The notes below the pieces were generated by a model. It saw nothing but the letters and a program-made list of their open reading frames with translations. It ran no database searches and was not told where the DNA came from. Below are positions 59,052 to 64,000 of a stretch of 64,000 nt of DNA, piece after piece. The stretch comes from an uncultured Pseudomonadales bacterium (GTDB lineage Bacteria; Patescibacteriota; Microgenomatia; UBA1400; UBA12108), in contig CAZZNJ010000001.1 of NCBI GenBank assembly GCA_964655755.1, positions 53,250-117,249 on the forward strand, written 5' to 3'. Each line of letters opens with the position of its first letter. Positions within the stretch are counted from its first letter, which is position 1. The translations under genes were made by a program, and so were the position numbers.

Positions 59052-59204
59052 ATGAAGATCATCGTTCAACAGGGGCAAAAAGTTAAGCTGATATTTCAGG
59101 GAAAAATTAACATGAGTCAAGAGGTCATGATAAGCAAGGATGACGCCCACAAGCTTAGTGAAATCTTGACCAAAGATGAGTCAGCGTCTTTTGATACTGA
59201 ATAA
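59052..59204 (+). CDS. small ORF (50 aa) with strong Shine-Dalgarno, not in supplied ORF track
   Basis: AAGGGGGTGA SD 7 nt upstream of the ATG. MKIIVQQGQKVKLIFQGKINMSQEVMISKDDAHKLSEILTKDESASFDTE. Confidence 0.3.
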   Translation: MKIIVQQGQKVKLIFQGKINMSQEVMISKDDAHKLSEILTKDESASFDTE

Positions 59205-59295
59205 GCCCGAGTCCGGCATACTCTCTAGTTAATGACCATTATCTCTATATGGCTAGGCCATACACGGTGTGATATAGCAGGGCCTAAGCTCTATC

Positions 59296-59670
59296 ATGTT
59301 GTATACTAAGGTTATGCGACGACACCAGATATCATTCAAAAATGCTTTTGTCGGCATCTGGACAGCCATTCAGACGCAGATCAACCTCCGCATTCATTTC
59401 CTCCTCGCCTCGCTCACCCTCATCCTCGGTACTGCCCTCGGCCTTTCGCTCTCCCAACTCGTCGACCTCCTCCTCGTAATCGCCCTCGTCATTACCGCGG
59501 AGTTGTTTAACACCGCGCTCGAGTTTGCTTGTGATGCCATTACCCTCGAGCAACATCCCCTCATCAAAATGGCCAAGGATATCTCCGCCGGCGCCGTTTT
59601 GTTCACCTCCCTCTTTGCCGTTACTATCGGCCTAATCATCTTTGTCCCAAAAATACTCGCCCTACTATGA
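59296..59670 (+). CDS. dgkA: diacylglycerol/undecaprenol kinase (prokaryotic DgkA family)
   Basis: ~120 aa with 3 TM helices and the conserved ITAELFNTALE motif. Confidence 0.65.
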   Translation: MLYTKVMRRHQISFKNAFVGIWTAIQTQINLRIHFLLASLTLILGTALGLSLSQLVDLLLVIALVITAELFNTALEFACDAITLEQHPLIKMAKDISAGAVLFTSLFAVTIGLIIFVPKILALL

Positions 59671-59702
59671 GCTATATACCATTAACTATTAACTAATAAT
59701 TT

Positions 59703-60731
59703 ATGAACACGCTCTTAGGTTTTCTCCTTTTTAGTTTTACGATTAATGCCGCTCTGATCGTTCCCTTTATCAACATTCTCTATACCCTCAAGTTCCAACG
59801 TCCTAGTCAAAAAACCTCCGACTTTATGGGGGTGGTAAATAGTGTGTACAACAAGCTCCACAAGAAAAAAGCCGGCGTGCCGGTTGGGGGCGGTCTCCTC
59901 ATTATTGTCACCACCTGCCTGCTTTACCTCCTCGTCTCTGGCATGCTCAGTCTTGTTGGGGCACCCATGAGTAGCGTCTACCCCATGCACCAAGAAGTCA
60001 ACGTCATCTTTGCGACCTTTATTCTTTTTGGGTTGCTCGGCCTCTATGACGACGTGATGAAGTTTTTTGGCAAGAACTCTGGTGTGGTCGGCTTGAGTAT
60101 GAAAGCCAAGCTAATGATCCAGATCGTGTTGGCTCTCGGTCTCGGGACCTATCTCTACCAAGCCATGGGGATCAGTATTCTCAATATCCCTTACCTCGGA
60201 GTCTGGGACCTTGGTTGGCTCTTTGTCCCGTTTGCTGCGTTTATTATTATTGCTTTTAGCAATGCGGTTAACATTACCGATGGTTTAGACGGGCTGGCGC
60301 CTGGCCTCCTCATGATCACCCTCTTTGCCCTCACCTTAATTGCCGCTTCCATTCTCGATACGCCAATCGCCCTGTTTTTGGCCCTCTGGCTCGGTGGTCT
60401 CCTTGCTTTTCTTTACTTCAATACTTATCCCGCCCGTATCCACTTGGGTGATGTTGGCGCCCTCTCTTTTGGGGCTACCCTCGCCGTCATTGCGCTTTTG
60501 CTCGGCAAAGTGGTGGCAGTTGCTATTATTAGTGGGGTCTTTATCCTCGAGATCGCCACTTCTAGTATCCAGATGTTTGGCAAGCGTTATCTCGGGCGCA
60601 AACTCCTCCCGATCTCACCTTTTCACCTCTGGTTGCAGCTCATCGGTTGGGAAGAACCTAAGATCGTGGCGCGCAGCTGGCTCGCGGGCATTATCTTGGC
60701 TCTGTTTGGTCTCTGGTTAGCCTTTATTTAG
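59703..60731 (+). CDS. mraY: phospho-N-acetylmuramoyl-pentapeptide transferase
   Basis: NAVNITDGLDGLA motif. 10 TM helices. Confidence 0.9.
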   Translation: MNTLLGFLLFSFTINAALIVPFINILYTLKFQRPSQKTSDFMGVVNSVYNKLHKKKAGVPVGGGLLIIVTTCLLYLLVSGMLSLVGAPMSSVYPMHQEVNVIFATFILFGLLGLYDDVMKFFGKNSGVVGLSMKAKLMIQIVLALGLGTYLYQAMGISILNIPYLGVWDLGWLFVPFAAFIIIAFSNAVNITDGLDGLAPGLLMITLFALTLIAASILDTPIALFLALWLGGLLAFLYFNTYPARIHLGDVGALSFGATLAVIALLLGKVVAVAIISGVFILEIATSSIQMFGKRYLGRKLLPISPFHLWLQLIGWEEPKIVARSWLAGIILALFGLWLAFI

Positions 60732-60732
60732 T

Positions 60733-61446
60733 ATGGCGCATCCCCCGCTTATCGTTTTTGACTCAGGGATCGGCGGGTTCTCTATCCTCCACGAACTGAC
60801 TCAGTTTGACACTCCGCTCTATTACTATGCTGATCAGGCCAACTTCCCCTACGGCACCAAAACCGAAACCTGGCTTAGGTATCGTTTTGCGGCGCTCGCC
60901 GAACACTTTGCGGGCCTAAACCCCCTCGGTCTCGTGGTTGCTTGTAATACCGGGACAGTGGCCGGGATCAAAGTTTTTCGCCAAAAGCTCACCTGCCCCG
61001 TGTTTGGGGTTGAGCCAGTGACCAAAATGCTCAAAAACCATGCTAACCCAGTAGTTTGGGGGACCCAGGTCACCACCACTTCGGCTACTGCCAAGGCTCT
61101 GCAGACTGCCCATGGGTCGCACATCACTTACTATACCCCAGAGGGTTTGGCCACGGCGATTGAGCAACATGACCTAGGTGGGATCAAAACGGCGCTGGCT
61201 CAGGCCGCGCGCGCGCTCCCGAGCGTCGACGCCCTAGGTCTCTCCTGTACTCACTACCCCCTCATTAAGCCCCTGATCCAGGCCTACTTTCCCCAGGCCC
61301 AGCTCTACGATCCGTCACCTGCCGTCGCTGTGCATGTAGCCAAATCACTCCAGCTCACCCGGGCAGTTACCCCACCTCCCATTACCTATCAGAGTAGCCT
61401 GAGCGTGCTAAGATTAAAAAGACAAGCACGTCAACACGGTTTATGA
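60733..61446 (+). CDS. murI: glutamate racemase
   Basis: IVFDSGIGG and VVACNTG motifs. Confidence 0.8.
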   Translation: MAHPPLIVFDSGIGGFSILHELTQFDTPLYYYADQANFPYGTKTETWLRYRFAALAEHFAGLNPLGLVVACNTGTVAGIKVFRQKLTCPVFGVEPVTKMLKNHANPVVWGTQVTTTSATAKALQTAHGSHITYYTPEGLATAIEQHDLGGIKTALAQAARALPSVDALGLSCTHYPLIKPLIQAYFPQAQLYDPSPAVAVHVAKSLQLTRAVTPPPITYQSSLSVLRLKRQARQHGL

Positions 61447-62762
61447 CAATTACTGATTATCTCTCCCACAAAAACATCCTCGTCTTTGGGCTCGGTCGAC
61501 AGGGTGGTGGTCTCGGGGATGCCAACTACCTCGCCCGCCACCACTACCCGGTCAGAGCCACGGATCTCTTGACACTCGACGCGCTCGGCCTCGCTCCGAC
61601 TGATCTAGACCCCCAGGTCGAGCTCAGTCTCGGCGGCCACACCCTAGCCGATATTCAGTGGGCTGACCTCATCCTCAAAAATCCCGCGGTTCCCGACGAC
61701 CACCCCTTGATTATCGCGGCCCAAAAACAGGGGAAGGTGGTCACGACCGCGATTGCCCTCTTTGTCAAATACAGTCCCATCCCGACCATCGGGATCACCG
61801 GGACTCGGGGCAAAACTACCACCACTCACCTGATCCACGCCATTCTCAACCGGGCCTACCCGGACACAATCATTATCGGCGGCAACCTCCCCGACACTTC
61901 TGGGCTCTCCCTCTTTGACCAAGTGGCAGGCAAAAAATTTGCCGTCCTCGAACTCTCTTCTTTTCAGCTCCACTCTTTTCACGCTCTCAAAATCTCCCCG
62001 ACTTATGCCGTCGTCACCAACCTCTACCCCGACCACCTCAATCGTTACCACAGTATGGCCAGTTATCAGGCTGACAAAGAAGCCATTGTTGCCTACCAGC
62101 AAGCACCTGGGTTTGCCGTCTACAACGCCGAAAACCAAGGCAGCCTCCAAATTGCCAAGCGTTGCCCAGCCCCGACCTATCCCTTTACTGCCCAGGACGC
62201 CGTCGCTTACCCGTCCCCCTTAATCGGGGCGCACAACCAAAGCAACCTCGCCGCCGCAGCTACCCTCTGCCGCCAACTCGGGGTCGCCGACGCTGTCCTC
62301 CGCGCCGCGATTGCGGATTTTGCCGGAGTCCCTTTTCGGCTCGAACTCATCCGCCAACTCGCTGGAGTCAACTATATTAATGACACTACTGCCACCACCC
62401 CTGTCGCCACCTTAACCGCGCTTAGGGCTGTCCCTGGCGACCTGATCCTGATCTGTGGGGGAGAGAGCAAAAAACTTCCTCAAAACGAGTTGATCGATGA
62501 GATCACAAATAATAAGCGAGTGAAAAAGATCATTTTTCTCGGCAGCTTACATCTCCAAGAATTTGTGTCAGCTCTCCAAGCCCGCGTCCCCGCCAAGATC
62601 GCAGGCCGAGTCGACTCCATGGCTGCGGCCGTTTCGCTCGCCCACTCCCTGGCCCAACCGCACGACACCGTCTTACTTTCACCCGGTTTTGCCTCGTTTG
62701 ATCTTTTTCAAAACGAGTTTGACCGCGGCCGCCAGTTTAATGCACACGTTAGGGCACTATGA
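61443..62762 (+). CDS. murD: UDP-N-acetylmuramoylalanine--D-glutamate ligase
   Basis: ILVFGLGRQG and the P-loop GITGTRGKTTTT. Position between murI/mraY and ftsW. Confidence 0.8.
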   Translation: MTITDYLSHKNILVFGLGRQGGGLGDANYLARHHYPVRATDLLTLDALGLAPTDLDPQVELSLGGHTLADIQWADLILKNPAVPDDHPLIIAAQKQGKVVTTAIALFVKYSPIPTIGITGTRGKTTTTHLIHAILNRAYPDTIIIGGNLPDTSGLSLFDQVAGKKFAVLELSSFQLHSFHALKISPTYAVVTNLYPDHLNRYHSMASYQADKEAIVAYQQAPGFAVYNAENQGSLQIAKRCPAPTYPFTAQDAVAYPSPLIGAHNQSNLAAAATLCRQLGVADAVLRAAIADFAGVPFRLELIRQLAGVNYINDTTATTPVATLTALRAVPGDLILICGGESKKLPQNELIDEITNNKRVKKIIFLGSLHLQEFVSALQARVPAKIAGRVDSMAAAVSLAHSLAQPHDTVLLSPGFASFDLFQNEFDRGRQFNAHVRAL

Positions 62763-63847
62763 AAAAGTTGCCCCCCCTTACCTTGAGTTTATCTACCCAG
62801 ATCGTTGCCGCCACCGTCCTGTTGCTCGCGTTTGGTCTCGTCATGATCGGCAGTGCCAGCGTGGCCGAGGGCGCGCGCGACTTTGGTTCCAAATGGCATT
62901 TTGTACTCCTGCAGCTCAAATGGGCAGCCGCTGGGGGAGTGCTGGCCTTTATTACTTCGCGCTTTCACCCTAGTTTGTGGCAAAAGCTCTCCCTCCCGAT
63001 TTTGGGGGTCGGACTCATCCTCCTGATCCTCGTGATCATCCCCGGGATCGGCACCAAAGTGTTAGGTGCCAGACGTTGGTTGGTGTTGCCTGGGATCGTG
63101 ATCCAGCCCTCGGAGCTGATCAAGCTCGTTCAAGTGATCTACCTCTCAGCCTGGATGACAGCTCGCCGGGTCACCTTGGGTCAGTTTTTGGCCTATGTCG
63201 GCTTTATCGCCGCCCTCATCATGCTGCAGCCGGATCTCGGGACAACCCTGGTTGTTAGCGGCCTGGCGATTTCGCTTTATTTTATTACTGGCTATCCCCT
63301 CAAACAGCTATTCCAAATTACGGCGCTTGCTGCCGTGGCTGTGGTGATGTTTATTCTTAGTAGTAGCTACCGCCTCGACCGCGTCAAAACCTTCTTAGAC
63401 CCGACCCACGACCCCCTCGGCACCTCCTACCACATCCGCCAAGTCATTTTGGCCCTCGGCTCAGGGGGTATTACTGGGGTTGGCATCGGCCGTTCGCGCC
63501 AAAAATACGAGTACCTACCCGAGAGCACGACCGACAGTATTATTGCGGTAGCCGGCGAAGAACTGGGGTTTGTCGGGGTCAGTTTGGTCCTCCTGGCTTT
63601 TATTTACTTGATTAGTCGTATTTTCAAAGTCGCGGCCGCGTGTCGCTCGGCTTTTAACACTGCCCTGGTCGCCGGGGTCGGCTGCTGGATTAGTCTCCAG
63701 GTTGTCCTCAACCTCGCGGCCATGGTCGCCCTCACCCCCTTGACCGGTGTCCCGCTCCCCCTAGTGTCATACGGAGGCTCAGCCCTCATGACTATCCTGA
63801 TCGGCTTAGGTTTGGTAATCGGCGTTGCTCGAGCCGAAAAACTCTAG
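62759..63847 (+). CDS. ftsW: peptidoglycan glycosyltransferase FtsW/RodA (SEDS family)
   Basis: SEDS family topology and the conserved C-terminal PLTGVPLPLVSYGGSAL. Confidence 0.85.
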   Translation: MKKLPPLTLSLSTQIVAATVLLLAFGLVMIGSASVAEGARDFGSKWHFVLLQLKWAAAGGVLAFITSRFHPSLWQKLSLPILGVGLILLILVIIPGIGTKVLGARRWLVLPGIVIQPSELIKLVQVIYLSAWMTARRVTLGQFLAYVGFIAALIMLQPDLGTTLVVSGLAISLYFITGYPLKQLFQITALAAVAVVMFILSSSYRLDRVKTFLDPTHDPLGTSYHIRQVILALGSGGITGVGIGRSRQKYEYLPESTTDSIIAVAGEELGFVGVSLVLLAFIYLISRIFKVAAACRSAFNTALVAGVGCWISLQVVLNLAAMVALTPLTGVPLPLVSYGGSALMTILIGLGLVIGVARAEKL

Positions 63848-63884
63848 CTGCCCAATAACTCCTCCGCTTGGTATAGTATTACTA

Positions 63885-64000
63885 CATGTCACGTTTTGTT
63901 ATCACCGGTGGTCACCACAACAGTGCACTGGCCCTCGCCGAGACCCTCCGCGCTCACCAGCACACCGTCATTTGGTATGGCCACCAAAAAAGTAGTCGGG
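63885..64000 (+). CDS. murG: undecaprenyldiphospho-muramoylpentapeptide beta-N-acetylglucosaminyltransferase, 5' fragment (runs off window)
   Basis: MSRFVITGGHHNSALALAETL matches the MurG N-terminus (G-rich loop). Confidence 0.6.

Noticed and set aside
57895-59233. 7-bp direct repeat CTAGTTA near both edges of the dcw AT-rich insert as target-site duplication of a mobile element
   Set aside because: A 7-mer is too short in AT-rich DNA to be significant. No transposase, integrase or terminal inverted repeats were found.
1-64000. Transposases, integrases, rRNA/tRNA genes, CRISPR arrays
   Set aside because: None identified on either strand by inspection of ORF translations and repeat structure.

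Overview
This window is a GC-rich (~55-60% GC) bacterial chromosome segment with a clearly mosaic composition. The gene order and short proteins (183-aa RecO, single-chain GlyRS) suggest a small-genome lineage, possibly CPR/Patescibacteria-like. About 43 kb (1-43650) is a cell-surface glycan super-locus. It contains a Wzt-type ABC ATPase (5' truncated), a LicC-like nucleotidyltransferase, an ApgM-like metalloenzyme, a TagF-like phosphotransferase, an Asp/Glu-racemase-family protein and at least 6 SAM methyltransferases. It also has about 16 GT-A/GT-B glycosyltransferases and about 5 GT-C-like polytopic membrane proteins. The remaining glycan genes are an FdtA-DegT-GalE amino-sugar module, a Wzx flippase, an O-antigen-ligase-like protein, ManC, an initiating phosphoglycosyl transferase and a DUF4012 protein. 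Downstream are recO, glyQS and a dcw cluster: mraZ-rsmH-ftsL-ftsI-murE-(GlmU-N-like NTase)-murC-murB-murA-[AT-rich insert]-dgkA-mraY-murI-murD-ftsW-murG(5' part). Bases 1-6.8 kb are very AT-rich and 6.8-19.7 kb are intermediate. The rest is GC-rich but carries AT-rich islets with a RhuM-Doc/Fic toxin-like gene, a DUF3800 gene on the opposite strand, a small ORF after recO, and a 1.45-kb block of small ORFs plus a structured intergenic region between murA and dgkA/mraY. I found no rRNA, tRNA, CRISPR array or transposase.
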